Of a stretch of DNA of 64,000 nucleotides, positions 44,005 through 53,727 are shown piece by piece. This DNA comes from Candidatus Omnitrophota bacterium. Its GTDB lineage: Bacteria > Omnitrophota > Gorgyraeia > 2-01-FULL-45-10. The notes beneath the pieces are model-generated. The model did not search any database, had not been told where the DNA came from, and saw nothing but the letters and a program-made list of their open reading frames with translations. How positions within the stretch are numbered: the first letter of the stretch is position 1; each line of letters begins with the position of its first letter. Both the position numbers and the translations under genes were made by a program. The DNA lies in assembly GCA_041650935.1 (NCBI GenBank), contig JBAZKH010000005.1:1574-65573 (forward strand), in the 5' to 3' direction.

Positions 44005-45839
44005 GATCTTTTATGCTCCATGTACTTCATCACGCTTTCCAGCTCCTTATAATCATTCGTCATCCGCTCGAGCTTGAAACTCGAAAAACCGAACCTGGCC
44101 TCATCGCATACGGTAAATAAGCCCCGGATCCCGGTAATAACGGATATGTCGATACCCGTTGAAACGAGCTTCTGGCTCACCATATCAAATGTAAGCCCGG
44201 CCGGCGGAAGATGCAGGCGGTATCCCAGGTATTCCTGCATCGTCTTAAATAGAGTTTCATAAAATACCCTGGAGTCGCCCGCCTTTAACTTATGCCGCAG
44301 GGTTTTCATGCCATATCGCGCTACCTTGAAAGCGGCGCGCCTGGAGGCATAGGTTACGTCATATTTTATCCTGTTCATCCTGCCTACTACTATATATATA
44401 GCCGTAAGCAGCGCGAATGGAATAAAAATAGCCATCCAGAACACGCTTTTTGTGTAAATGCGGCTTTCGCGCGGCAACCACCTGCCCGGGACTTCCTTGA
44501 TAAAGATTATATCGCTTGCCAGCTCCTTCGCTTCCGGCAATGCCGCGGCAGGCGCGGGACCGACTACCTTAGAAGGAAGCTCCTCTTTTGCCTTTTCGAC
44601 CCCGAGAGGTATCGGCCCCTGGGTTATGGTCTTATATGTCTTCGCGACCGGGTCAAAATAACTGAATGTGGCCCTAGGTACCTGCGTAATCTTTTCCGTT
44701 TCCGGTATCAAGACCTGGGTAAAGGCCTTTGAATTCTCCTGGGTCTTTACTTCGGGCTCATACGCCTTGAAACCCTCTGCATTATCCAGCTTCGGGGAAA
44801 GTACCGTATTGAAGTTTCCCGTTCCGTTGATGGTCATGCGGACAGTGACCGGATCGCCCGTCTTCACCTTGGTGGGGCTGGCGGCAAATATAAACTGATA
44901 ATCTCCGACGGCGCCCGAAAAATCTTTCGGCCTGCCTTCGACCGGAAGCGGCGATACTATCAGATGAATCTCGTCCGATTTAAGTTCGGTCGGCTGTTTT
45001 TCGTAACGGGCAAGGAAATCGTCGAAGAACGAGTCTCTCAACGCGGGATCGTTTCCGAAGTAATCGTCCTGCGCTCCGCCGCGCGCCGCCTTCCGCCTCA
45101 CCACGATATTGCATTTGACCCTTGCCGGGCCTACTTTGTAGTCGCCTGGACGCGTAGCGTACAGGTTGGTTCTGAACTCCAGGACATCATAAGTCAGCCC
45201 GCCCATCCTCTCCCTGTATTGTTTCGGTTCCTTAAACTCAACCTTGGAGAAACCCTCCTGCGAAAAAGCGGGTAATTGTATATCGCTCACGTTCATCTGA
45301 TTGACATATAACTTCACGGTAACAGGAATGAGCTCGTTAACATAGGCCGTCGGTTTGTCGAGATTGAGAGTAACAAATATCCTGTCCTCCAGATTCATCT
45401 TTTCAGCAGGCTCTTCCTGCATCTGCCGCGGTTGTCTCTGCGCAAGAGGTTTCTCCTCTGTTACGGTAAGGACAACCGTGTTGGAAGCATAGTTATCGTT
45501 CTTATACCTGAACGCGAAAGGACCTATTTGAAACTTACCGACACGCAAAGGCTGGACTATATACATGTGTGTCACAGAACTGGAGACCTGGCCGTTTATG
45601 ACGGTCATCATGGTAGACGGGCCGATATAACGCACCTCTAGGCCGTCGATATTCCCGATGTCCGGCGCCGGCATAGATTGCGTCCCGCGAAACGAGAGGC
45701 CGAGCTGTGCGGTTTCACCGAGCGCAAGCCGCTCGCGGTCAAGAGAAACCTCGAACTTCATGTCGGCGGTCCACCCAACGCCTGTCAGGGCCGTGACAAC
45801 AATACCGGCGATGATTAATTTTAAAAAAAATTGTTTCAT
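44001..45839 (-). CDS. batD: BatD-like oxygen-tolerance protein
   Basis: Start at MKQFFLKL (signal peptide), C-terminal TM; track ORF extends to 45896. Confidence 0.7.
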   Translation of the reverse strand: MKQFFLKLIIAGIVVTALTGVGWTADMKFEVSLDRERLALGETAQLGLSFRGTQSMPAPDIGNIDGLEVRYIGPSTMMTVINGQVSSSVTHMYIVQPLRVGKFQIGPFAFRYKNDNYASNTVVLTVTEEKPLAQRQPRQMQEEPAEKMNLEDRIFVTLNLDKPTAYVNELIPVTVKLYVNQMNVSDIQLPAFSQEGFSKVEFKEPKQYRERMGGLTYDVLEFRTNLYATRPGDYKVGPARVKCNIVVRRKAARGGAQDDYFGNDPALRDSFFDDFLARYEKQPTELKSDEIHLIVSPLPVEGRPKDFSGAVGDYQFIFAASPTKVKTGDPVTVRMTINGTGNFNTVLSPKLDNAEGFKAYEPEVKTQENSKAFTQVLIPETEKITQVPRATFSYFDPVAKTYKTITQGPIPLGVEKAKEELPSKVVGPAPAAALPEAKELASDIIFIKEVPGRWLPRESRIYTKSVFWMAIFIPFALLTAIYIVVGRMNRIKYDVTYASRRAAFKVARYGMKTLRHKLKAGDSRVFYETLFKTMQEYLGYRLHLPPAGLTFDMVSQKLVSTGIDISVITGIRGLFTVCDEARFGFSSFKLERMTNDYKELESVMKYMEHKRS

Positions 45840-45840
45840 A

Positions 45841-47145
45841 TCACCAATCTTTGGACGGCTCGGGCAGGTCGATCTTCTTCCTCCGCATCCGCACAACCCT
45901 GCCGGTTGCCTCTTCTCCTTTATATCCCTCGAGCAGCATTTTAGCTTCCTGTTCGCTCATCTCTACGCCAGATTCCTCGGGCCGGGCAGCCTGGTAGGCC
46001 TGCAGCCCATCCTGTTCGGGCTTCTCTTTCTGCTCCGCTCCGGCGCCGGCGGGCTGAGCCTCTTTTGTCTCCTCCTGGCCGGCATCTTCGGGCTTTTCCT
46101 TCTCTTCCTTACCAGCCTCTTCACCGCCCTGAGGTTTCTCTTCGCCGGGTCCGGGTTTCTCCTCCTGCTCCCCGTCTTCCTTTCCCTGCTTTTCTTTCTC
46201 TTCTCCCTTAGCCTGATCTTCTTTTTGCCGCTCTTCTTCCTTCCGTTTTTCACCTTCGCTCTTCTCTTCTCCCTGACCACCCTGACCCTGGCCCTCTTTC
46301 CCCTCACCCTTATCTTTAGGCTGATCTTCTTTCTGTTCGTCCTCTTTCTTCTGCCGATCTTCTTTCTGCTGCTGCCCGCCCTGTTCTTCTTTCTTGTCTT
46401 CCTGTTTTTCTTTATCCTGTCCCTGCTTTTGCTGGTCCTGATTTTTCTGCTGTTGATTCTGGTCTTTCTGCTCCTGGTTTTGCTGATCTTTCCGGTCCTG
46501 GTTTTGTTGATCCTGCTGATCTTTTTGATCTTGCTTATTCTGATCTTTATTCTTCTGCTGGTCCTTATTCTTATCCTGTTTATTCTCGTCCTTCTTCTGG
46601 TCCTTCTTATCGTCTTTCTTGAATTGATATTTCTCACACAGTTCGTTCAATTGTTTTTCTACGAACTCGTAATTAAATTTGGCGTCCCTATCGGCCGGAT
46701 CGAGATCGATGGCACGTTTATAAAATTTGAGGGCCGTTTCGTAATAGTCTTTTGCCTTCTTTATGTCGGACTTCTCCTGCGCCTGGCCCAACCTGTATTG
46801 GGCATTGCCTATATTGTAATCGGCGGGAGAGACCACATAGCTCTTCCCGGACGCTATCGCTTTATTGAATTTTTCTATCGCCGCGGCATATCCGCCCAAC
46901 CTGTACTTGGTAATGCCCAGATTGAACGGCGCTATTTCAGAACCGGGATCTTCGCCGGCCGCTTTCTCGTAAATTTTAGACGCATCCGCGTAGCGGTTAT
47001 TATTATATAACAAATTGCCTTTTTTGACATCATCCTTGACTGTTGCGGCGGCAGACGACACAAATGCCAGCGACAAGAATAAGGCAATTGCCGCTCCGCC
47101 TATTCTTCCCAATCTTTTTTCATTAATAGAATGGGCAGGGCTCAT
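45841..47145 (-). CDS. batC: BatC-like TPR protein with about 200-aa K/D/Q/E/G-rich low-complexity segment
   Basis: N-terminal signal peptide plus TPR; low-complexity repeats 46000-46640. Confidence 0.65.
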   Translation of the reverse strand: MSPAHSINEKRLGRIGGAAIALFLSLAFVSSAAATVKDDVKKGNLLYNNNRYADASKIYEKAAGEDPGSEIAPFNLGITKYRLGGYAAAIEKFNKAIASGKSYVVSPADYNIGNAQYRLGQAQEKSDIKKAKDYYETALKFYKRAIDLDPADRDAKFNYEFVEKQLNELCEKYQFKKDDKKDQKKDENKQDKNKDQQKNKDQNKQDQKDQQDQQNQDRKDQQNQEQKDQNQQQKNQDQQKQGQDKEKQEDKKEEQGGQQQKEDRQKKEDEQKEDQPKDKGEGKEGQGQGGQGEEKSEGEKRKEEERQKEDQAKGEEKEKQGKEDGEQEEKPGPGEEKPQGGEEAGKEEKEKPEDAGQEETKEAQPAGAGAEQKEKPEQDGLQAYQAARPEESGVEMSEQEAKMLLEGYKGEEATGRVVRMRRKKIDLPEPSKDW

Positions 47146-48140
47146 TTTACCAGCCGCTTTCTCTCCGAAATAAAAGGTTCTACGATAAGAAGCAGTATGG
47201 CCAGTCCCAGAAAATACCGGAATCTCTCCTGATATTGTTTATTCATCTTCCCTTCGATGTCCCTCTTCTCGAGCCTGGAAATACTCTTATCGTACAATAG
47301 AGTAAGCCCGAAATCCGATTGAGTCGCGCGCACATAGCTGCCGCCGGTCGAAATGGCTATGTTCTTAAGGAGCTCTTCGTTAAGCATCGTCTTGACGACG
47401 TTGCCGCTCTTATCGGCCACCCAGCCTTCTCCTGCGGCCGGGATAAGAGAGCCCTCGAAGGTCCCTACCCCGACGCAATATATCTTTATGCCGGCGTCAG
47501 CCGCTTCTTTCGCCGAGCGCATCGGGTCCCCTTCGAGGTCGTCTCCGTCCGTGACCAATATCAGGACCTTATATTTTTTATCCTGTCCCTTAAAAATGCG
47601 CACCGCTTCCCGTATGGCGGCGGAGATTGCGGTCCCGCCGCGCGGTATAGTATTGATGTTCAGATCATCCAGGGTCAGGAGAAAACCGTTATAATCGATT
47701 GTCGGCGGGCATTGCAGGAAAGCGGTGCCCGCGAACGCTATCAGGCCTATCCGGTCCCCGTTAAGTTTTTTTACAAGATCTTTTACCGCAAACTTCGTAC
47801 GTTCGAGCCGGTTAGGTTTGACGTCCGTGGCAAGCATGCTCTTGGAGACATCCATTGCGATGAGTATATCTATACCCTTGAATTTCATCTCCTGCCACTC
47901 GAACCCCCACTGCGGACGCGCAAGCGAAAAAGCCAATAGCGAGACCGCCGCTATTATCATAACCATCTTCGTAATCTTCCTGCCCATACTGACGGCCGGC
48001 GCTATAGATTCGGCGAGCGACTTACCGGCAAACCTGTCCATAAGACGCTTTCTCCGCCGCATGGCCCAGAGATAGAAAAACCCTACACATACCACCAGGA
48101 CCAGGAGTATCTGCAGATATTTAGGATTTGCGTAGTGCAT
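47142..48140 (-). CDS. batB: BatB-like von Willebrand factor A membrane protein
   Basis: 332 aa, two N-terminal TM, VWA 'DVSKSM' MIDAS. Confidence 0.75.
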   Translation of the reverse strand: MHYANPKYLQILLVLVVCVGFFYLWAMRRRKRLMDRFAGKSLAESIAPAVSMGRKITKMVMIIAAVSLLAFSLARPQWGFEWQEMKFKGIDILIAMDVSKSMLATDVKPNRLERTKFAVKDLVKKLNGDRIGLIAFAGTAFLQCPPTIDYNGFLLTLDDLNINTIPRGGTAISAAIREAVRIFKGQDKKYKVLILVTDGDDLEGDPMRSAKEAADAGIKIYCVGVGTFEGSLIPAAGEGWVADKSGNVVKTMLNEELLKNIAISTGGSYVRATQSDFGLTLLYDKSISRLEKRDIEGKMNKQYQERFRYFLGLAILLLIVEPFISERKRLVK

Positions 48141-48143
48141 ACC

Positions 48144-49145
48144 TTACGGCACCCTCATCAATACGGTATTCGTCAGCAATATTTCCAACAGTAAAAAGAC
48201 AAGGCCCGGCATTAAAAAATAGAAAAAGAGCTCGCTATATTCCTTATAGCCAAAATGTTCTATCCTGGATCTCTCAAGCCTGTTTATATCTTCATATATC
48301 CTGCGCAGCGTCTCCGAGTCGCTTGCCAGGTAATACTTGCCGCCCGTAATCGCGGCGATCCTCTTCAAGACCTCCTCGTCGATCTCGATGGGAATATTCT
48401 GATAGACCTTCCTTCCGTAAACATCCCGGAAAGGATACGGCGAGAGCCCTTTCCTGCCGACGCAGATCGTGTAAATTTTTATGCCTAGCGATTTGGCGGC
48501 CTCTGCGGCCATAACCGGCGAGATGGTGCCGGCATTACTTACGCCGTCGGTCAGGAGAATAATGATCCGGGATTTAGTCTTCGAGGTCCTGAGCCTGTTG
48601 CATGAACTTGCTATGGCGCTCCCGATAGCCGTCCCGTCTTCGATCATGCCGATGTTGACCCTGTCCAGGTTCTCGTTCAGCCATGCATAGTCGGTAGTGA
48701 GCGGGCATACGGTATATGCCCTGGCGGCAAACGCTACCATCCCAATACGGTCGTCTTTTCTCTTCTGTATGAACTCTTTTACGACGTCACGCACAAGGTC
48801 GAACCTGTTCACGCGCGCGCCGCGGAGAGTAAAATCTTCCGCAAGCATACTGGTCGAAGTATCCAGGGCGAGAACTATATCGACGCCCTCCGAAACGGTC
48901 TTAGTCCCTTCGAGAACTGATTGCGGCCTCGCAAACGCCAGGATGAGCAGTACGAGACCGAAGGCGCGGAGAAAGAGCGGAAGTATCTTAAGCCTTGACC
49001 GCATAGTAGGCTTTAGTCCTTCGACCAGCCTGCGGGCAGGAAACGAGAATGCGGGATCGGACCGTCTCCCGCGCAGGATCAGGACCATAATGGGCACAAC
49101 CAGGATAAGCAATAACACAGCCGGGTTTTTGAATACGAACATCAC
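48144..49145 (-). CDS. batA: BatA-like von Willebrand factor A membrane protein
   Basis: 333 aa VWA 'DTSTSM' MIDAS. Confidence 0.75.
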   Translation of the reverse strand: MMFVFKNPAVLLLILVVPIMVLILRGRRSDPAFSFPARRLVEGLKPTMRSRLKILPLFLRAFGLVLLILAFARPQSVLEGTKTVSEGVDIVLALDTSTSMLAEDFTLRGARVNRFDLVRDVVKEFIQKRKDDRIGMVAFAARAYTVCPLTTDYAWLNENLDRVNIGMIEDGTAIGSAIASSCNRLRTSKTKSRIIILLTDGVSNAGTISPVMAAEAAKSLGIKIYTICVGRKGLSPYPFRDVYGRKVYQNIPIEIDEEVLKRIAAITGGKYYLASDSETLRRIYEDINRLERSRIEHFGYKEYSELFFYFLMPGLVFLLLEILLTNTVLMRVP

Positions 49146-49146
49146 T

Positions 49147-50097
49147 TTATTTTCCTTTGGTCTTTTCGACCCTTCGGCTTAGTTCAGGGTTGATACCGGG
49201 TTGGGCCGAAGTATCAATAAATTTCCTCGCCGCAAGGAATACCGATTCCATCTCTCCCGCAGCGGGTAAATACTTGGCAAATTTCACAAGGTCGCAGGCG
49301 CTCAGGAAATCTTTTAAAATATTTTTTTGATCGAACGACAGGATCGTAGCCGTCTTGAGAGAGTCGAGGAACTCTTCGGTAGTCATCTCGGGCGCTTTGA
49401 ATTTAAAAGCGCGCTCGATGTAACGCCTGACGCAATCGGAGACTCCGGCATAATATTCCTTTACGTCCGGGTTCTTCAGAAAATTCGCCCTGACGGTTTC
49501 GAGTTCCTGCGCTGCGATCTCGTAAGGCGTCTTAACGGGGGCTGGTTTCTTCCTGAGCTTATACAGGACAGCCAGGGCTATCGCCGCTAATACGACTATA
49601 AGGACAGCTATAAGAAAGAGATTGGGCTCGAAATAACGCAGAGGCCCTTTTATGTCTTTAATGTCTGCGGGCATCTTTCCATTAGGCAGGACACTTTCGA
49701 CGGTTATGCTTAAAGGTTTCGTCTTAACATCGCGCCAATCTTTAGCGCCCTTATTCCTGTATTTTATCTCGAGTTGCGGTATATGGTGTTTCCCGGCGGA
49801 ATAAGCGGCGATGTAATACCACTGCCGTCTTAGCGCGCCGCCCAGAAGGCCGCGCCTGTCCTCCCTGCCGGTATCCTTTATCTCGAAATCGCCTATACGC
49901 CCTTCCTTGAAGACAGGGAACGCTATTTCGGTTCCCGCTCCGCACTTAACACCCACCGTAAGTTTTATCCTGTCTCCGATAAGGACGGTGGCGCGATCGA
50001 CGGAGGTATACGCCGTTATTTCATTGCCGGCGGCCGACGCTATACCGCAAAGGAGGATGAGAAGGAGTGCGGAAGACGGGAGTATCCAGCGTCTCAT
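49147..50097 (-). CDS. Hypothetical membrane protein of the bat/MoxR locus (signal peptide plus one TM)
   Basis: 316 aa, position between DUF58 and batA as in Bacteroides/Leptospira bat loci. Confidence 0.5.
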   Translation of the reverse strand: MRRWILPSSALLLILLCGIASAAGNEITAYTSVDRATVLIGDRIKLTVGVKCGAGTEIAFPVFKEGRIGDFEIKDTGREDRRGLLGGALRRQWYYIAAYSAGKHHIPQLEIKYRNKGAKDWRDVKTKPLSITVESVLPNGKMPADIKDIKGPLRYFEPNLFLIAVLIVVLAAIALAVLYKLRKKPAPVKTPYEIAAQELETVRANFLKNPDVKEYYAGVSDCVRRYIERAFKFKAPEMTTEEFLDSLKTATILSFDQKNILKDFLSACDLVKFAKYLPAAGEMESVFLAARKFIDTSAQPGINPELSRRVEKTKGK

Positions 50098-50101
50098 AAC
50101 G

Positions 50102-50980
50102 TCATATCCTCTTTTTCCGTTTCTTAAAAAATTTGATAAACTCTTCGATATACGGCTTATCCGTCCGGATATCGATATGGTCCATGCTTACAGAACTGAA
50201 TATTTTGACACGCTCCTCGCCCAAGGCGCGGGCGCCGGCCGAATATTTATTCCTGACGGATTCATTCGAGGTATCGACCAGAAATACGGCGGCGGGGTCT
50301 TCGGCATCCTGCAGTTCCAGCAGCCCTACGTTGGGCAGATCAAGTTCGCGGGGATCCGTTATCGTTATAGCGACAACATCGTGCCTTTTATTGGCAATCG
50401 AAAGCGCCTTCTTATAATCCCTGGCAAAGAAATCCGATATGACGAACGCGACGACCCGCCGGGCGGTAACATTATCCAGATAACGCAGCGCACCTGCTAT
50501 GTCGGTACCCCGCCCTTTCGGCTTAAAGTACAGGGCCTCCCTTATAACCCGGAGGACGTGCGAAGTGCCCTTCCTGGGCGGGATGAATTTTTCGATCCTA
50601 TCGGTAAAGATTATAAGGCCAACCCGGTCCTTGTTCTGGATGGCGGCAAATGCGAGGACCGCGGATATCTCCGCGGCGAGCTCGCTCTTTAGGCGTTTTG
50701 CAGTGCCAAAATAGGAGGATCCCGACATGTCGAGCAGGACCATGACGGTCATCTGGCGTTCCTCGACGAATTTCTTTATGAAGGGATGGCCCATCCTCGC
50801 CGTGACGTTCCAGTCTATCGACCGTATCTCGTCTCCGGGCTGGTATTCACGCACCTCGTCGAATTCTATGCCGCGGCCCTTAAAGACGCTCTCATACTGG
50901 CCGGAAAGCATGTCAGTGACGAGCTTCGAGGTCGTTATTTCGATGCGTCGGACTTTACGTAGTATGTCTTTGGGAAGCAT
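50102..50980 (-). CDS. DUF58 domain protein (MoxR-associated, VWA-like)
   Basis: 292 aa. Confidence 0.7.
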   Translation of the reverse strand: MLPKDILRKVRRIEITTSKLVTDMLSGQYESVFKGRGIEFDEVREYQPGDEIRSIDWNVTARMGHPFIKKFVEERQMTVMVLLDMSGSSYFGTAKRLKSELAAEISAVLAFAAIQNKDRVGLIIFTDRIEKFIPPRKGTSHVLRVIREALYFKPKGRGTDIAGALRYLDNVTARRVVAFVISDFFARDYKKALSIANKRHDVVAITITDPRELDLPNVGLLELQDAEDPAAVFLVDTSNESVRNKYSAGARALGEERVKIFSSVSMDHIDIRTDKPYIEEFIKFFKKRKKRI

Positions 50981-51092
50981 ATTACCCGGAAAGACCCTCT
51001 TTGCTTTTGAAATTCTAAATCCGAAGTACTAAACAAATTATGATTTCCAAATTCGATTTTCGATATTCGTATTCCGGATTTTCGGCTGTTCT

Positions 51093-52088
51093 TTACGGCA
51101 CCTTGACTTCTTCGAAGATCCTTTTGATCACATCTTCCGACGTCTTGTCCTCCGCTTCGGCTTCGTAGCTTACTATGACACGGTGCCTTAATACATCGAT
51201 ACCGATCGTCTTGACGTCCTGAGGAACTACATAGCCGCGGCCCTGCAGGAATGCGTACGCCTTCGCGGCAACGGAGAGAAATATGCTGGCCCTCGGGGAG
51301 GCGCCGTATTGGATAAGAGCGGTCAACTCATCGAGCTTGTAAGCGTTCGGTTCCCTGGTCGCGAAGACTATGTCAACGATATATTTCTCTATCCTTTCAT
51401 CGAGATAGACCTCGTCAACGACCTTTCTCGCTCTTACTATATCTTCCGGTCCTATAACGCTGGCGACACGTATCTTTTTATCGGTCATCGCCATCCTCTT
51501 CATGATCTTAAGCTCTTCTTCCTTCGAGGGATACCCTACCTTAAGCTTCAGCATGAACCTGTCGACCTGCGCTTCGGGAAGCGGGTACGTACCTTCGTGC
51601 TCGATCGGATTCTGCGTAGCCAGGACAAGGAACGGCTCGTCCAGTTTATACGTCTCTTCGCCAATAGTGACCTGCCGTTCCTGCATCGCTTCAAGCAGTG
51701 CGCTCTGGACCTTTGCGGGCGACCGGTTGATTTCATCCGCCAAAATGATATTGGCGAATATCGGTCCCTTCTTCGTGGTAAAATTGCCGTCCTTCGGGTT
51801 ATAGATGAGCGTACCGACGAGATCCGCAGGCAAAAGGTCGGGGGTAAACTGCAGGCGCTGGAACTTAGTCTTTATGCACTGCGCAAGGACTCTCACTGAA
51901 AGGGTTTTGGCAAGTCCCGGCACGCCTTCGATCAGTATATGGCCGTTGGCCAGAAGCCCCACAAGGAGCCTGTCGATAAGATATCTCTGGCCCACTATAA
52001 CTTTTTCCATCTCATCAACTAGCGATTTTACGAAAGCGCTCTCTTTTTTAACTTTTTCGTTGATCGATTCGATCCCGGTATTCATCAT
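51093..52088 (-). CDS. moxR: MoxR-family AAA+ ATPase
   Basis: 331 aa; Walker A 'GVPGLAKT', Walker B 'ILADEINR'. Confidence 0.85.
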   Translation of the reverse strand: MMNTGIESINEKVKKESAFVKSLVDEMEKVIVGQRYLIDRLLVGLLANGHILIEGVPGLAKTLSVRVLAQCIKTKFQRLQFTPDLLPADLVGTLIYNPKDGNFTTKKGPIFANIILADEINRSPAKVQSALLEAMQERQVTIGEETYKLDEPFLVLATQNPIEHEGTYPLPEAQVDRFMLKLKVGYPSKEEELKIMKRMAMTDKKIRVASVIGPEDIVRARKVVDEVYLDERIEKYIVDIVFATREPNAYKLDELTALIQYGASPRASIFLSVAAKAYAFLQGRGYVVPQDVKTIGIDVLRHRVIVSYEAEAEDKTSEDVIKRIFEEVKVP

Positions 52089-52504
52089 GATATTTCCTCC
52101 TGCGTTTTTCCGATATCCTTTATCTGTAAATTTATAAACTTTAAAAGGACGACCTTATCCAGGTATTCGAGGCTCAACGGCTTGGTTACGTAATCGTCCG
52201 CACCCGCATCGAGCGCCCTCTTCATGACATCTTCGTCTTTCTCACCCGTAACCATGATCACGACGATATCTTTATCTATCTCCTTGATCTTCTTCAGCGT
52301 CTCGATGCCGTCCATGCCCCGCATCTTTATATCGAGCAGCACGATTTTGGGCCGTTCCTTCTTGACAACAGATATGGCCTCGTTACCGCTCAAAGCGTTG
52401 AAGACTTCGTAATTCCTGGCGGTAAAGAATTCGTAGAAGAAGGAGTCGATACCCATCTGGTCATCGACGGTCAGGATCTTGCAGATAGGTGCCTGTTTGG
52501 ACAT
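52085..52504 (-). CDS. Single-domain response regulator (CheY-like receiver)
   Basis: Start at MSKQAPICKILTVDD; longer track ORF would overlap tRNA-Gly. Confidence 0.7.
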   Translation of the reverse strand: MSKQAPICKILTVDDQMGIDSFFYEFFTARNYEVFNALSGNEAISVVKKERPKIVLLDIKMRGMDGIETLKKIKEIDKDIVVIMVTGEKDEDVMKRALDAGADDYVTKPLSLEYLDKVVLLKFINLQIKDIGKTQEEIS

Positions 52505-52532
52505 TATCACTCCACATTTTGCGATGGTACGG

Positions 52533-52605
52533 TGGAGCGGGAGATGGGAATCGAACCCACGCAACGAGCTTGGAAGGCTCGTGTTCTACCATTGAACTAC
52601 TCCCG
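52533..52605 (-). tRNA. tRNA-Gly (anticodon UCC)
   Basis: GCGGGAGTAGTTCAATGGTAGAACACGAGCCTTCCAAGCTCGTTGCGTGGGTTCGATTCCCATCTCCCGCTCCA. Confidence 0.85.
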
Positions 52606-52611
52606 CATATA

Positions 52612-52711
52612 AATAGCTTGCCCCGCCATTAGTCTAACCTGGGGCGGGGTCCCGCCTCTAGTTTAACTCCGGGCGGGAGAAGGCTAGTGCTCTACCATTG
52701 AGCTACGCCCG
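52612..52711 (-). pseudogene. tRNA-Gly-like 5'-half fragment fused to GC-rich stem-loops (no T-arm)
   Basis: First about 35 nt (GCGGGCGTAGCTCAATGGTAGAGCACTAGCCTTC) align to acceptor/D-arm/anticodon stem of adjacent tRNA-Gly; remainder lacks GTTCGAxxC T-loop. Confidence 0.35.
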
Positions 52712-52778
52712 CATTTTATATCATGTAATTATATCATATAAGACACTACAGACAAGCGGAAAAGTTTAACTGCAGGCA

Positions 52779-52815
52779 TAAAAACGGGGCGGCTCTTCGA
52801 TCGAGAACCACCCCG
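52779..52815 (-). terminator. Weak putative terminator downstream of small secreted protein gene (GC stem plus UUUUU)
   Basis: CGGGG...CCCCG stem enclosing TCGATCGA palindrome, followed by U5 on minus transcript. Confidence 0.3.
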
Positions 52816-52846
52816 CCGATTCTATCCCATGCTAAACAACTCTAAC

Positions 52847-53215
52847 CTACTTTAGTTCTTGCACCTTGGTCGCTTTTCCGCCCTCTTTAGAAACCTCCAC
52901 TGACACCTTCTTACCCTTAAGCTGATTCAGGGTAATAGCATGGAAACCGGCGTCGAGGACCTTTACCGTATTGTCGAGAGGTATCACCTTGGTCTTGCCG
53001 CTATCTTCGGCCATTACCAGGGATCCTTCCGTCTTACCTCCGCCAAGGCTCTTCTCGATGACATTCGTCAACTTACCCACCATAACCCCTGTCGTCTCCA
53101 CTACGGCGCCTACGGGCTCGGTAGCTTTTGGCTTGGCTTCCTGTGCAGCATACGATAATGATGCCGCTAATACCAGCACCGCAACCACTATTAGGACCTT
53201 CTTCACTTGAATCAC
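52847..53215 (-). CDS. Small secreted protein of unknown function (signal peptide)
   Basis: 122 aa; GGAGGUGA SD; no recognisable domain. Confidence 0.55.
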   Translation of the reverse strand: MIQVKKVLIVVAVLVLAASLSYAAQEAKPKATEPVGAVVETTGVMVGKLTNVIEKSLGGGKTEGSLVMAEDSGKTKVIPLDNTVKVLDAGFHAITLNQLKGKKVSVEVSKEGGKATKVQELK

Positions 53216-53348
53216 CTCCCCGTTAGTTTGTTAAAATTATATTAGTACAAATATAGCACCGAATTACTGTGTCGTCAAGATATGCATCAGCGCCTTATCC
53301 TTCAATAATTCAGCTGTTTTTCCATCGTCAGTTATCAAAAATATCATC

Positions 53349-53726
53349 TTACTTTGGTTTCCCTATAAATCTCTTTACCTTTCCCAGCAATTCTTCCGGC
53401 ACAAATGGTTTCAATATACAATCATCCGCGCCCATCGCCTTGATATTTTCGGGAAGACTAGGGCGGATGGCACTTGCAGTAAATAAAATAATAGGGATAC
53501 CTTTATATTTATCATCGGATTTCAGTTTTTTACAAAGCTCGTCTCCCTGCATTTTGGGCAATAGCAAATCGAGTAGTATTAAATCAGGAGGGGTCTTCTG
53601 TATTATATCCATAGCCTCCTCGGCATCAACCGCCTCAATAACCTCATAACCTAACTTCTTTAACCTGACCGTTGCTAAATCAAGTATGTCCGGCTCGTCA
53701 TCAACAAAAAGAATCTTTTTTGCCAT
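53349..53726 (-). CDS. Single-domain response regulator (receiver)
   Basis: Start MAKKILFVDDEPDIL; abuts kinase stop. Confidence 0.75.
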   Translation of the reverse strand: MAKKILFVDDEPDILDLATVRLKKLGYEVIEAVDAEEAMDIIQKTPPDLILLDLLLPKMQGDELCKKLKSDDKYKGIPIILFTASAIRPSLPENIKAMGADDCILKPFVPEELLGKVKRFIGKPK

Positions 53727-53727
53727 A

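Noticed and set aside
45658-47010. 450-aa plus-strand ORF rich in L/F, and 224-aa R/K-rich minus-frame ORF (45963-46637)
   Set aside because: Both are alternative-frame or antisense readings of the BatC low-complexity repeat region. Their composition is non-protein-like and they lie entirely inside a well-supported gene.
52612-52711. Second full tRNA next to tRNA-Gly
   Set aside because: It lacks the T-arm (GTTCGAxxC) and a proper anticodon stem-loop. Only the 5' half is tRNA-like, so it is called a fragment or pseudogene and not a tRNA.
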